A stretch of DNA of 64,000 bases, taken from positions 64,001 to 128,000 of the forward strand of contig CAVRZA010000001.1 in assembly GCA_963725665.1 (NCBI GenBank), given 5' to 3'. A program made the translations under genes and the position numbers. A model generated the notes under the pieces. The model was not told where the DNA came from. It was given only the letters and a program-made list of their open reading frames with translations, and did not search any database. Shown piece by piece: positions 1-9,057 of the stretch (position 1 is the stretch's first letter; every line of letters begins with the position of its first letter). This stretch comes from an uncultured Actinomycetes bacterium (lineage in GTDB: Bacteria > Actinomycetota > Thermoleophilia > UBA2241).

Positions 1-7
1 CGCTCCC

Positions 8-1513
8 GTGCCCGGGACTCGTTGGGGCTTGATCGCCGTCGAGAACTGGTCGACGCTGATTAGGCCGTTTCAAAGATATCGCACCTTCCTGCTGGTCCTC
101 CTCGTCCTCGGCCTGCTGATCCCTTCGCTGGTGGTGCTGCTGGGCGTTCGCCGCCTGACGCGGCCCGTATCCGCCCTCTCGGAGGCGGCCCGGCGGGTGG
201 CCAAAGGCGACTTCGAGCACTCGGTCACCATCAAGACCCACGATGAGCTCCAGGAACTAGCCGAGCAGTTCAACGACATGTCCGCGCAGCTTCGCGACTC
301 CTACGCTGAGCTCGACAAGCGGGTGGCCTCCCGCACACAGGAGCTCGCCACCCTCAACGCCGTGGCGGCCGTGGTGAGCCAGTCGTTGAACCTGGAACGG
401 ATACTCGCCGATGCCCTGGCGAAGATCATCACGGAGCTGGGCTTCGAGGCAGGAGTGGCCTTCATCATTCCCGAGAGCGACAGCCCAGAAGGGGGGGTGA
501 GGCTGGTGACCTCGAGGAACATCTCCGCGGAGGTGATGCCCGTTCTCAGAAGCGAAGCCTCCACGGGCCTTGGGCAGCGCTTGCGAGCTCTCGGGGGGCA
601 GGCCCAGGCACTGCCGCTCGGCAGACTGTTCTCTAGCGACCTCGCGACTTCTCTCGGCTCCGCCGGCTGGGAGTCTGCCGTGCTGATCCCGGTCACCGCC
701 AAGGCAACGGCGTTCGGTGGCCTGGTGCTCTTTGCCGCTCAGACGCCTGAGTTGACTCCCGAGCAACTCACCTCGCTCTCGGGCCTGGGGAACCAGATAG
801 GGATGGCGGTGGACAACGCACGCCTCTATGAGCAGGCAGAGGAGTCCGCGGCGGCGATAGAAAGGAACCGGTTGGCCCGCGACCTTCACGACGCGGTGAG
901 CCAGACCTTGTTTTCAGCTTCGGTCATCGCCGAGGTGCTTCCCAGGATCTACGAGCGTGACCCGGAGCAGGGCAAGCAGAGGTTGGAGGAACTGCAGCAG
1001 CTGACCCGAGGGGCGCTGGCGGAGATGCGCACGCTGCTTCTCGAGCTGCGACCTGCCGCCCTTGCCGAGGCGAACCTCCCCGATCTGCTTCGGCAACTGG
1101 GCGAAGCGGTGGCGGGACGCTCGCGAATCCCCGTCGACGTGCAGGTAGACGCTGCTGTGGGCCTCCCGGCCGAGGTCGGCGTGGCGCTGTACAGGATCGC
1201 GCAAGAGGCGCTCAACAACGTGGCCAAGCACTCGGGGGCCGAGCACGGGCAGGTGAGGTTGCACGAGTGCGGCGACGACGAGCGCCCGGCGCTCGAGCTC
1301 GTCGTCGCCGACGACGGTTGCGGCTTCGACCCCGATGTCGTCCGGCCCGGCAGCCTCGGTCTCGGCATCATGACCGAACGGGCGGAGGCGATAGGCGCCC
1401 GACTCCAGGTGGAGTCGGTCCCCGGGGAAGGCACGCGCATCCGGGTCGTCTGGCGTCACGATCCCTTGCCCCGCTCCCCCCGCGTCGAGAGCTCTCTTCA
1501 GACAGCCGACTGA
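8..1513 (+). CDS. Sensor histidine kinase, NarX/LiaS-type (HAMP-GAF-HisKA_3-HATPase), 5' end outside window
   Basis: TM helix, then HAMP (LTRPV...DELQELAEQFNDM), H-box ERNRLARDLHDAVSQTLF, N-box QEALNNVAKHS, DDGCGF and GLGIM G-boxes. Confidence 0.93.
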   Translation: MPGTRWGLIAVENWSTLIRPFQRYRTFLLVLLVLGLLIPSLVVLLGVRRLTRPVSALSEAARRVAKGDFEHSVTIKTHDELQELAEQFNDMSAQLRDSYAELDKRVASRTQELATLNAVAAVVSQSLNLERILADALAKIITELGFEAGVAFIIPESDSPEGGVRLVTSRNISAEVMPVLRSEASTGLGQRLRALGGQAQALPLGRLFSSDLATSLGSAGWESAVLIPVTAKATAFGGLVLFAAQTPELTPEQLTSLSGLGNQIGMAVDNARLYEQAEESAAAIERNRLARDLHDAVSQTLFSASVIAEVLPRIYERDPEQGKQRLEELQQLTRGALAEMRTLLLELRPAALAEANLPDLLRQLGEAVAGRSRIPVDVQVDAAVGLPAEVGVALYRIAQEALNNVAKHSGAEHGQVRLHECGDDERPALELVVADDGCGFDPDVVRPGSLGLGIMTERAEAIGARLQVESVPGEGTRIRVVWRHDPLPRSPRVESSLQTAD

Positions 1514-1516
1514 CAA

Positions 1517-1532
1517 CTGGCCAGCTGGCCAG
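1517..1532. promoter_or_regulatory. 16-bp palindrome, candidate NarL/LuxR-family operator (copy 1)
   Basis: CTGGCC-AGCT-GGCCAG upstream of the receiver gene; related 6-4-6 palindromes at 2175 and 5040. Confidence 0.55.
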
Positions 1533-1647
1533 GACGAGAACCCGCCAAGTGCCGATGGCCCAGGTCGCGTGGTTGCTCCAGACTCGCAAAGGAGAGACCC
1601 AGCGGCCCCTCCCGCAGCAGGTAGGGAACGACGACCGGAGGCGACGA

Positions 1648-2031
1648 ATGCGCATCGTGCTGGCAGACGACGAGCAGAAGGTCCGCTCGGCCCTGCGCCT
1701 GCTGCTCGAGGAGCTGACAAAGGAGTGGGTCGGCTCCCTGTGCGAGCACCGCTGCCATGTCGTGGAGGCACCCTGCGCCGAGGTGGTCGTTCGAGAACTC
1801 AAGAAAGAAGCGGCCGATCTCCTGTTGCTCGATTGGGAGCTTCCCGGCATGGCCGCCGGCGAGCTGGTCGACGAGGTCCGCGAGCTCTCGCCGGGCTGTG
1901 TCATCGTGGCGATGAGCGGTCGCCCTGAGGCCGCGCGTGCTGCAGCCGATCGGGGTGCCGACGCCTTCGTCAGCAAGAACGAGCCTCCCGACAGGTTGGT
2001 GAGCACCCTGCTGCACCAAGTCGCGGTCTGA
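1648..2031 (+). CDS. Stand-alone response regulator receiver domain
   Basis: MRIVLADD, LLLLDWELPGM (phospho-Asp), GADAFVSK; GGAGG RBS at 1637; no HTH output domain. Confidence 0.88.
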   Translation: MRIVLADDEQKVRSALRLLLEELTKEWVGSLCEHRCHVVEAPCAEVVVRELKKEAADLLLLDWELPGMAAGELVDEVRELSPGCVIVAMSGRPEAARAAADRGADAFVSKNEPPDRLVSTLLHQVAV

Positions 2032-2057
2032 CTCCGCAGCAGAAGGTCGTTGAGCTG

Positions 2058-2081
2058 GGGCACGTCCGTCAGGACGTGCCC
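2058..2081 (+). terminator. GC-rich hairpin after receiver gene
   Basis: GGGCACGTCC-GTCA-GGACGTGCCC perfect 10-bp stem. Confidence 0.55.
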
Positions 2082-2174
2082 GTTCAGTCTTGCCGGGCGC
2101 CGATGAAGGATAGCGGCCTGGACGGTCTCACAGGGGCACGAGAGCCTGCCGACGCGGCGCGACCACAGCGTCAC

Positions 2175-2267
2175 CTAGTCGAGTGACCAGGCCAAAGACT
2201 GTCCCCCTCGCCAGTGCCGATTCCCCCCGCCCGGCGGGCGTGGTGCGCCCGCCCTCGCCGTTACTCT
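2175..2267 (+). promoter_or_regulatory. Promoter module copy A: palindrome plus -10 TACTCT
   Basis: CTAGTC-GAGT-GACCAG at 2175, GACTGTCCCCC, -10 TACTCT at 2262; same architecture and 87-nt offset as 5040-5132. Confidence 0.65.
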
Positions 2268-2318
2268 GACATGCAAGCAGACCGGGCACGAGTGAACAGA
2301 GCCAAGAGGGGGTGTGTC

Positions 2319-2570
2319 ATGAAGCAGGCCGAGGTCTCCAGGGTTCATCGGAGACGCCAGGGCCGCGAGGAGTACAGGGCTCAGGTGACGCGTCCGCAGA
2401 ACGACATCAACGAGCGGCTCGATGCGGTGGTCCGGCGCTTTCTTGAGCGCTCCTCGCAGCGGGGGTTCGATCAGCCGGCGGACGAGGACTACGCGATGCG
2501 CTGGGCCATCGCCCGCCACCTCAGGATCCAAGCAAGGTCGGTGAAGGGGGAGCATCATGTCGCAGCGTAG
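2319..2570 (+). CDS. Small hypothetical protein (83 aa), paralog of 5179-5364, overlaps MMPL start
   Basis: GAGGGGG RBS before ATG 2319; C-terminus FDQPADEDY...QARSVKGEHHVAA aligns with the 5179 ORF. Confidence 0.6.
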   Translation: MKQAEVSRVHRRRQGREEYRAQVTRPQNDINERLDAVVRRFLERSSQRGFDQPADEDYAMRWAIARHLRIQARSVKGEHHVAA

Positions 2571-4950
2571 GAGCGCGCGCAGGCACTCGGACGAGAAGAA
2601 GAGGCGGGTCGCCGGCTTCACCGAGCGCCTCGCCAGAGGGAGCGCCACCCATCCCTGGCGCACAATCGGCATCTGGGGGGCGCTCATCGCGGTCGCCTTT
2701 CTCGCCGTCGGCTCGCTCCTTGGCAGCGGGCTGACCTCAGAGATGAAGTTCCGCGGCAGCGAGCCCGGCAGCGTGACCGCCGACCGTCTCATCCAGGAGC
2801 GTCTCAGCGGACCGCACAAGGTCACCGACTTTGTCATCGTCAAGTCGGCCACCCGCACCGTCGACGACCCCGTCTTCAAGGGCTACGTCATAGGTCTCGC
2901 GACGAAGATCGAGGCCCTCGGGCCGGGGGTGGTCGCCGACGCCTCCAGCTTCTACCTCACCAAGGATCCCACGCTGGTCTCCAAGGACAAGCGCTCGACG
3001 CTCATCCCTGTGACCATGGCCGGCGGCATCGACGATGCCCTGAAGAACGTCGACAAGGTGCATGAGACGGCGGTCGCCGCGCAGGCCGACGGGTTTACCA
3101 CCGCGCAGGCGGGCGAGGCCAGTCTCAACGAGATGTTCACCAAGCTGGCGGAGTCCGACCTGCAGCGCGGGGAGATCTTCGGCATCCCCGCCGCACTGAT
3201 CGTGCTGGTCGTCGTGTTCGGCGCCGTGCTGGCGGCATGCATGCCCATCGTGTTGAGCCTGATCAGTATCGCCCTGGCTCTCGCGCTCACGGCTGTCATT
3301 GGCCAGGTCTACCCGATGAACACCTTTGTCCTGAACATCCTCACCATGATGGGTCTGGCGGTGGGCATCGACTACTCGCTCTTCGTCATCAGCCGCTACC
3401 GTGAGGAGCGCGCCCGCGGCCTGGAGAAGATCGACGCCATCGCCGCCACCGGCGCCACCGCCAACCGCGCCATCTTCTTCAGTGGCATGACCGTGGTTCT
3501 GGCCATGATCGGCATGGTCATCGTGCCGCTCGACATCATGATCAGCATGGGTGTCGGCGTGATGCTCGTGGTCTTCACGACCCTGCTCACCGCGCTCATC
3601 GCGCTGCCCGCCGTCATGAGCGTGCTGGGCGACCGCATCAACGCTCTGCGCGTGCCCTTCCTCGGGCGCGCGGCCGCCAAGCGTGCCAACGGGGACGGCG
3701 GCGTCTGGGAGCGTCTCGCCCACAGCATCATGCGCCGCCCCGTGGCGTGGCTGAGCGTGGCCGTCACGGCCCTGCTGGTGCTCGCCTCCCCGGTCCTCAT
3801 GATGAACACAGGGAGCAACACCCAAAGCGCCGCTCACCTGCCCGACTCCCACTACGCCAAGCAGGGCTGGGACATCCTCGGTCGTGACTTCTCGCTCGGC
3901 AAGGCCAACCCGCTGATGATCGTCGTCGACGGCCCCGCCGCTTCGGCGCAGGTCAAGCAGAGCATCGCCCGTCTCGAGGCCGCCATGAAGAGCGACGGGC
4001 GCTTCGCTCCCGTCCAGGTGACCGTCAACAAGGCTGGCGACCTGACATTGCTGACCACCGCCTTGGCCGGTGATCCCGTGGCCGACTCCACACAGGCGCT
4101 CGTGAAGCACCTGCGCAGCGACATGATCCCCGCGGCGTTCGCCGGCAGTCCCGCCCAGGTGTACGTCACCGGCACCACGGCGGGCGTGGTCGACTACCTG
4201 GGGTTCTTCGACACCTGGCTGCCGATCGTGCTTCTCGTCGTCCTCTCGCTGAGCTTCATACTGCTTCTGGTGGCCTTCCGGTCGATCGTGGTGCCGGCAC
4301 AGGCCATCGCCATGAACCTGCTCAGCGTGGGCGCCTCCTACGGCCTGCTGGTGCTCGTGTTCCAGAAGGGCGTCGGCGCCAAGCTCCTCGGCCTGACGCA
4401 GGTCGAGACCATCGAGGCCTGGGTGCCCCTGTTCCTCTTCGCCCTGCTCTTCGGCCTCTCGATGGACTACCAGGTCTTCCTGCTTAGCCGCATCAAGGAG
4501 CGCTTCGACCGCACGGGTGACACGCGCGAGGCAGTCGGGTACGGCGTCGGGCGGACCGCCGGCATCATCACCGGCGCGGCCGCCATCATGGTCTGCGTCT
4601 TCGGCGGCATGGCGACCGGTCAGCTGGTGATGTTCCAGCAGATGGGCTTTGGCCTGGCCGTCGCGGTCTTCATCGACGCCACCATCGTGCGCACGATCAT
4701 CGTCCCCAGCGCCATGGCCATTCTGGGCGAGCGCAACTGGTACCTGCCGCGCTGGCTAGCGTGGCTCCCGAACGTGAGCGTCGAAGGTCACGCCTACGAG
4801 CCCGATGGCGAGGTCCCGCAGACGGAGGCTCCCGAGCGCGCGCCGTCGGCCGAGCCGCAGCGGCGTCCGGGAACGGGTCCGGTCCCGGCTCTCCGCCCGG
4901 CTCCCGACGTCGCCATGCGACGGGCTCCGCGTCCCGACCTAGAGCACTAG
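2557..4950 (+). CDS. MMPL family (RND superfamily) transporter
   Basis: GLAVGIDYSLFVISRYREE and FGLSMDYQVFLLSRIKE signature motifs, two TM repeats, 797 aa. Confidence 0.95.
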   Translation: MSQRRSARRHSDEKKRRVAGFTERLARGSATHPWRTIGIWGALIAVAFLAVGSLLGSGLTSEMKFRGSEPGSVTADRLIQERLSGPHKVTDFVIVKSATRTVDDPVFKGYVIGLATKIEALGPGVVADASSFYLTKDPTLVSKDKRSTLIPVTMAGGIDDALKNVDKVHETAVAAQADGFTTAQAGEASLNEMFTKLAESDLQRGEIFGIPAALIVLVVVFGAVLAACMPIVLSLISIALALALTAVIGQVYPMNTFVLNILTMMGLAVGIDYSLFVISRYREERARGLEKIDAIAATGATANRAIFFSGMTVVLAMIGMVIVPLDIMISMGVGVMLVVFTTLLTALIALPAVMSVLGDRINALRVPFLGRAAAKRANGDGGVWERLAHSIMRRPVAWLSVAVTALLVLASPVLMMNTGSNTQSAAHLPDSHYAKQGWDILGRDFSLGKANPLMIVVDGPAASAQVKQSIARLEAAMKSDGRFAPVQVTVNKAGDLTLLTTALAGDPVADSTQALVKHLRSDMIPAAFAGSPAQVYVTGTTAGVVDYLGFFDTWLPIVLLVVLSLSFILLLVAFRSIVVPAQAIAMNLLSVGASYGLLVLVFQKGVGAKLLGLTQVETIEAWVPLFLFALLFGLSMDYQVFLLSRIKERFDRTGDTREAVGYGVGRTAGIITGAAAIMVCVFGGMATGQLVMFQQMGFGLAVAVFIDATIVRTIIVPSAMAILGERNWYLPRWLAWLPNVSVEGHAYEPDGEVPQTEAPERAPSAEPQRRPGTGPVPALRPAPDVAMRRAPRPDLEH

Positions 4951-4963
4951 TTCCCCCGCCCCC

Positions 4964-4993
4964 GGCCGGGGCGGCCATCTGGCCGCCCCGGCC
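4964..4993 (+). terminator. Hairpin after MMPL gene
   Basis: GGCCGGGGCGGCCA-TC-TGGCCGCCCCGGCC. Confidence 0.6.
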
Positions 4994-5039
4994 TCCCCGC
5001 GCCGGTAGTGGATCCAGATAAGCCCTCTGCTGGCCCCGC

Positions 5040-5132
5040 CCAGTCGACTGACTAGGTGAAGGACTGTCCCCCCTGCCAGCTCAAAGTCTCCCCACTAGGC
5101 GGGCGCGCTGAGACAGGTCAAGCCTCTACCCT
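5040..5132 (+). promoter_or_regulatory. Promoter module copy B: palindrome plus -10 TACCCT
   Basis: CCAGTC-GACT-GACTAG at 5040, GACTGTCCCCC, -10 TACCCT at 5127. Confidence 0.65.
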
Positions 5133-5178
5133 GACAGTGCAGACGAAGCAAACGAAGGCACGAGAGAGGGAGTCCGTC

Positions 5179-5364
5179 ATGTCGCCGCTCGACACACACC
5201 GCAGGGCGATCTGGTCCTCGTCCATCGATGGGCCAGCTCAGCGCAAGCACACGACTCGCCCTCGACGCCCAGACTTCAACGAACTGGCCGCTGAGGAGTA
5301 TCGGCGCGCGCTGCGTTCCCTGCTCCAGGCCAAGGGCGAGCACCAGTACAGGCTGGCGGCGTGA
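5179..5364 (+). CDS. Small hypothetical protein (61 aa) ending KGEHQYRLAA
   Basis: GAGGGAG RBS; same promoter module and C-terminal motif as 2319-2570. Confidence 0.6.
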   Translation: MSPLDTHRRAIWSSSIDGPAQRKHTTRPRRPDFNELAAEEYRRALRSLLQAKGEHQYRLAA

Positions 5365-5398
5365 TGGCGTGGAAGAGCCCCGCAAGGTTGGGGCAGTG

Positions 5399-6043
5399 AT
5401 GGAAGCGGTCTTGGAAGCAAGCCTGCATGCCGATGCCCCTGCTGCGCAATCAGCAAGGAAGCACGGCCCGCTCAGTCTTTGCCTGGCCGTCAGCATTCTC
5501 GCCACGGTGGCGCTGGTGGCGCTCTTGGCCACCGGCGCGCTCAACGCCTTCAGCGGAGTCGATCAGCTGGCGCGTGCATCGATCCCTGGCGTTGTCAGCG
5601 TGAACGCCCCGCGAGCGGCCGAGATGGTCGTCTACCACGAGGGTGGCGTCCCCGCGAGCCTCAACGAGCTCGGGCTCCGCGTGCGCGGGCCCGACGGAGT
5701 CACCGTGGCAACCAAACCCTACGGCCTCGATCTCCGCTATCAGCACGACCACCAGGTTGGGACGGCCGTGGCGAGCTTCACAGCTCCAGCCGCCGGACGC
5801 TATCTCATCTCAACGACAGCGGCCGAGCTCGGAGCGCGACTTGCCGTGGGGGGCGACCTCGGCGCGGCGATAATGCTCACCGATTTGGCCACTGTCGGCG
5901 TCGGTCTCGCGGCACTCACCGCTATCGCCGTCGTCGTGGCCCTCGCGCTGCGGCGCTCGAACGGGAGCTCGAGACGGCGACATGCCGACGATCTTGGAGG
6001 GAGATTCCGGAGGGCGACACCGCCGTTCTCCTTCGCGGACTAG
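5399..6043 (+). CDS. Hypothetical membrane protein (2 TM flanking an extracytoplasmic beta domain)
   Basis: N- and C-terminal hydrophobic helices; FTAPAAGRYLI beta-strand motif. Confidence 0.65.
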   Translation: MEAVLEASLHADAPAAQSARKHGPLSLCLAVSILATVALVALLATGALNAFSGVDQLARASIPGVVSVNAPRAAEMVVYHEGGVPASLNELGLRVRGPDGVTVATKPYGLDLRYQHDHQVGTAVASFTAPAAGRYLISTTAAELGARLAVGGDLGAAIMLTDLATVGVGLAALTAIAVVVALALRRSNGSSRRRHADDLGGRFRRATPPFSFAD

Positions 6044-6126
6044 ACGGGGTGGATGGAGCGAACAATGACTGGTCTCGCCAAGGCAACGGCATCCGCGACT
6101 GTAAATACGCGGTGCCGAGGCAGGGA

Positions 6127-6186
6127 ATGGACTCATATAGGAAGACTGCCGTGGCAGTGGGAGTGCTGAGCGCCGCGGTGCCGTGA
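6127..6186 (+). pseudogene. N-terminal remnant of a DUF4386-like gene
   Basis: MDSYRKTAVAVGVL matches the N-terminal RKAAITVGALF of the downstream gene, then stops. Confidence 0.4.
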
Positions 6187-6209
6187 GGGCCGACAAGTGG
6201 GAGGGCAAC

Positions 6210-6963
6210 ATGGACGCAGTCATCACCAGAGAGAGGCCTCGCGCGAGGACGCGAGGCGAACGAGCGCCGGCGGCCGACGCCGCCCTGCGGCGTCGCAAGG
6301 CCGCAATCACGGTGGGCGCGCTGTTCATCATCGGGGACATCGCCGGCGTCCTGAGCTACGTCGTGACCGGAGGTCTGCTGGACGGGCCGGACGCCCTCAC
6401 CAAGATCGCCGCGAACCAGAGCCACCTGGCGCTGGGGGCGCTCCTGGTGCTGACCATGGGCCTGGCGCTGGCCATGATCCCGGTCGTGATGTATCCGATC
6501 TTCAAGAAGTACAACGAGGTCCTGGCGCTCGGGACCGTCGTCTTCCGGGGCGCGCTCGAGACCGTCGCCTACACGGCCAGCGCAGGCTATCTGGCTGGTG
6601 CTCCTCGAACTCAGCCGGGAGCACCGGGCGGTGGCGTCTGCCGGCGCTCCGCACGTCCAGACACTCAGCGGGCTCCTCGTGGCGACGCAAGGGTCGGTCG
6701 CCACCTGGCTCACTTCCATCGTCTTCAGCCTCGGCGCCCTGATGTTCTACTACCTCTTCTACCAGTCGCGGCTCATCCCCCGCTGGCTGTCGGTCTGGGG
6801 TCTCGCCGGTGCCGCCCTGTACCTGGCCACGCCGTTGCTGGACATGTTCGGCCACGGGTTCGGCGTCCTGATGGCCCCCCTGGCGGTGGCGGAGATCGTC
6901 CTGGCCGTCTGGCTGATCGTCAAAGGGCTGGCCTCACCGGGCCCTGAGGAGGCGGCTGCCTGA
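6210..6963 (+). CDS. DUF4386 family membrane protein (one frameshift near 6590)
   Basis: RKAAITVGALFII, YPIFKKYNEVLALG, YQSRLIPRWLSVWG, EIVLAVWLIVKG split over two frames. Confidence 0.8.
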
Positions 6964-7050
6964 CCGATTGTTCGAGCTGATGCAGATAGCCGACGGGCCA
7001 AGGGCACGATTGGAAGTACGTTGGCCCGCCATCTAGACGAAGGGGAAGGA

Positions 7051-7500
7051 ATGAACACAAGCAAGAAGACCACTGGAATGGAAGATATGAAAGCAAGACT
7101 CTCAACACTCTGGGTTGTGGTCATGTTCAACATGGTCTTCGCGGACATTCTCACCTTCATCAAGCCTGGAGCGCTGCAGGAATTGTGGGCCGGACAAGCG
7201 GGCGTGCAAATCACCCAGGGGCTTCTGCTGGTGTTCGCGCTACTCCTGGAGATCCCGATTGCGATGATCTTCGTGTCTCGCATCCTGAAGCCCGGGCCCA
7301 ACCGCTGGGCGAACACCGTTGCAGCGGCAATCACCACGGCGTTCGTGGTAGGCGGCGGGTCGCTGACTCCTCACTACGTGTTCTTCGCGACCGTAGAAAT
7401 CGCGTGCATGGCGCTGATCGTCCGGTCCGTGTGGACGTGCCGCCGCTCAGAGACCGTCGCCGAGCGTCGGGACGAGGTGCCTGCGCCGGTCGCCTGGTAG
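7051..7500 (+). CDS. DUF6326 family membrane protein
   Basis: KARLSTLWVVVMFNMVFADIL, LLEIPIAMIFVSRIL, NRWAN, YVFFATVE. Confidence 0.75.
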   Translation: MNTSKKTTGMEDMKARLSTLWVVVMFNMVFADILTFIKPGALQELWAGQAGVQITQGLLLVFALLLEIPIAMIFVSRILKPGPNRWANTVAAAITTAFVVGGGSLTPHYVFFATVEIACMALIVRSVWTCRRSETVAERRDEVPAPVAW

Positions 7501-7527
7501 TCGGGACAGTCCCGATCCTGAAGGACT

Positions 7528-7561
7528 CGAGGGGGCGGTCGACTGCTCGACGGCCCCCTCG
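7528..7561 (+). terminator. Hairpin after DUF6326 gene
   Basis: CGAGGGGGC...GCCCCCTCG stem. Confidence 0.55.
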
Positions 7562-7835
7562 TCGTCTTGGCGGACGCACGATGGTCGGGAAGCCCGCGAG
7601 TTGCTGAGAGGTTGCCGAATCTGCGGGAAGCCGCAGGCTCACCCCTCGAAGCGGCGACCCGGCGAGCGCCCCCGAACAGACCTGTTGCCGCCTCTCAAGG
7701 GCGGTAACGAAGTAGTTCTCCAGATGGCTCCGTGAGCGTGGAGGGAGGGAGTGGGCTCACTCTCCCTACCCGTCGCTGCAACCACCGTGCAACCCCCTGG
7801 TGCCTGTACCGGCTCCTTCGAAGGGCTGCTCGAGT

Positions 7836-7973
7836 CTGCGGGTATGCGGGCACGGGCGGGTACGTGGGGAAGCCCGATCGACGAATCGTCACGTCGATTC
7901 GAGTCCGCGTGCCGAAAGCGCTTAGCGTCGGACCGGCTCTCAGAGACACCCGCACCTCCCCGCATACCCGCAG
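7836..7973. repeat. 15-bp perfect inverted repeat enclosing 108 bp
   Basis: CTGCGGGTATGCGGG (7836-7850) and CCCGCATACCCGCAG (7959-7973). Confidence 0.7.
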
Positions 7974-8166
7974 CTCCTGACCGCCTGAAGTGTCTTCACG
8001 GGCAGGCCTCGATGCGGGGAGGTCTTCCGCGGCCCACGAAAGGTTCTCCTTCGCACTCTCGGATACCGAGGCGTATTCGGGGCCGTCTGCGGGCTCAGAG
8101 GATGCGGGAAGGCAACCGAGACGCCAGGCGTGACGGGAGGGGGTGCTCTCACGGAGCGTGCGGCGG

Positions 8167-8301
8167 CCGGTGGTCTTCGGCTCCGGTCGCCCGTTCTTCG
8201 CCACCGGCGGCCTGGCCGAGCCGCTGCGGCCAGAGAACCCGACCAGGATCGTGCCAGGCGACCGGGTCACCCACTTGGTCTACGAGGTGTGCACGGGATA
8301 G
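8167..8301 (+). pseudogene. C-terminal fragment of a second DHFR/RibD_C-family gene
   Basis: PVVFGSGRPFFATGGLAEPLRPENPTRIVPGDRVTHLVYEV; upstream in-frame stop at 8131. Confidence 0.6.
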
Positions 8302-8876
8302 CGCAGATGCGTGACACCCACACCGGTGACGACTGTCGGATTCCCGAGGACGACCGGTGTGTTCGCGAGGTGGTCGAACAGCCGCACTCCTGCGCCTAGC
8401 AACACGGCAGCCAGATCGATGTGGATCTCGTCGAGCAGCCCGGCGTCCAGGCACTGCTGGATCGTTTGGGCGCCGTGCACTCCCACGGACTTCGGGCCAG
8501 CAGCCGATTTCGCTCGAGCAACGGCGCTTTCGATGCCGTCGGTGACGAATTGGACAGTCGAGTTGGGTCGCGGCCATCCGGCGGGGATGTGGTGGGTAAG
8601 TACGAATGCTGGTCCCCAAGCGTGATTTCCACCCCAGCCTTGGGCGACGTCGAAAGTGCGTCGACCGGTGAGCACGGCACCAAGTCCGGACGTGAGACCG
8701 CGAAGGTGCTCGGCGCTCGGCCCGGACACCTTGAACGTCATGGGGTCCGACCCTCCGGTGTGGATTTCGACGTCCCCCGAGGTGAAGTACCAGTCGAACA
8801 CTTCGGCCACGCCATCGTTGAGGTCGGCGATGTAGCCGTCGAGCGACATGGACATGATTGCGACAACCTTCGACAT
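8280..8876 (-). CDS. Dihydrofolate reductase / RibD C-terminal family protein (cassette gene)
   Basis: MSMSLDGYIA, GRRTFD, GLLDEIHIDLAAVLLGAGVRLF, GVTHLRY; AAAGGA RBS; follows attC R' at 8944. Confidence 0.9.
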   Translation of the reverse strand: MSKVVAIMSMSLDGYIADLNDGVAEVFDWYFTSGDVEIHTGGSDPMTFKVSGPSAEHLRGLTSGLGAVLTGRRTFDVAQGWGGNHAWGPAFVLTHHIPAGWPRPNSTVQFVTDGIESAVARAKSAAGPKSVGVHGAQTIQQCLDAGLLDEIHIDLAAVLLGAGVRLFDHLANTPVVLGNPTVVTGVGVTHLRYPVHTS

Positions 8877-8943
8877 TGCGATGTTCCTTTCGAGGGGTGG
8901 AGACTGCGTTCAGGGGATCGCGCGCTGTCCTCCCGGATCGTCC

Positions 8944-9030
8944 GCCCAACGTGTCGCGCATAACCTGCGCGGGCCGCGGCTGGACTCTCCTACAGACCTT
9001 GGCCGCGTCAGGTTGACGCGCTTGTTGGGC
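8944..9030 (-). mobile_element. Integron attC site (87 bp)
   Basis: Minus strand GCCCAAC-AAGCG-CGTCAACCTGACGCGGCC...GGCCCGCGCAGGTTATGCGCGACAC-GTTGGGC: RYYYAAC/GTTRRRY ends with bulged L boxes, just after DUF1801 stop. Confidence 0.88.
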
Positions 9031-9057
9031 GTCACCGCGAACCTGTGCGATGCCCCG

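Noticed and set aside
6995-7027. GGGCCAA...TTGGCCC before DUF6326 as an attC site
   Set aside because: Only about 33 bp, no AAC in the left arm and no L boxes
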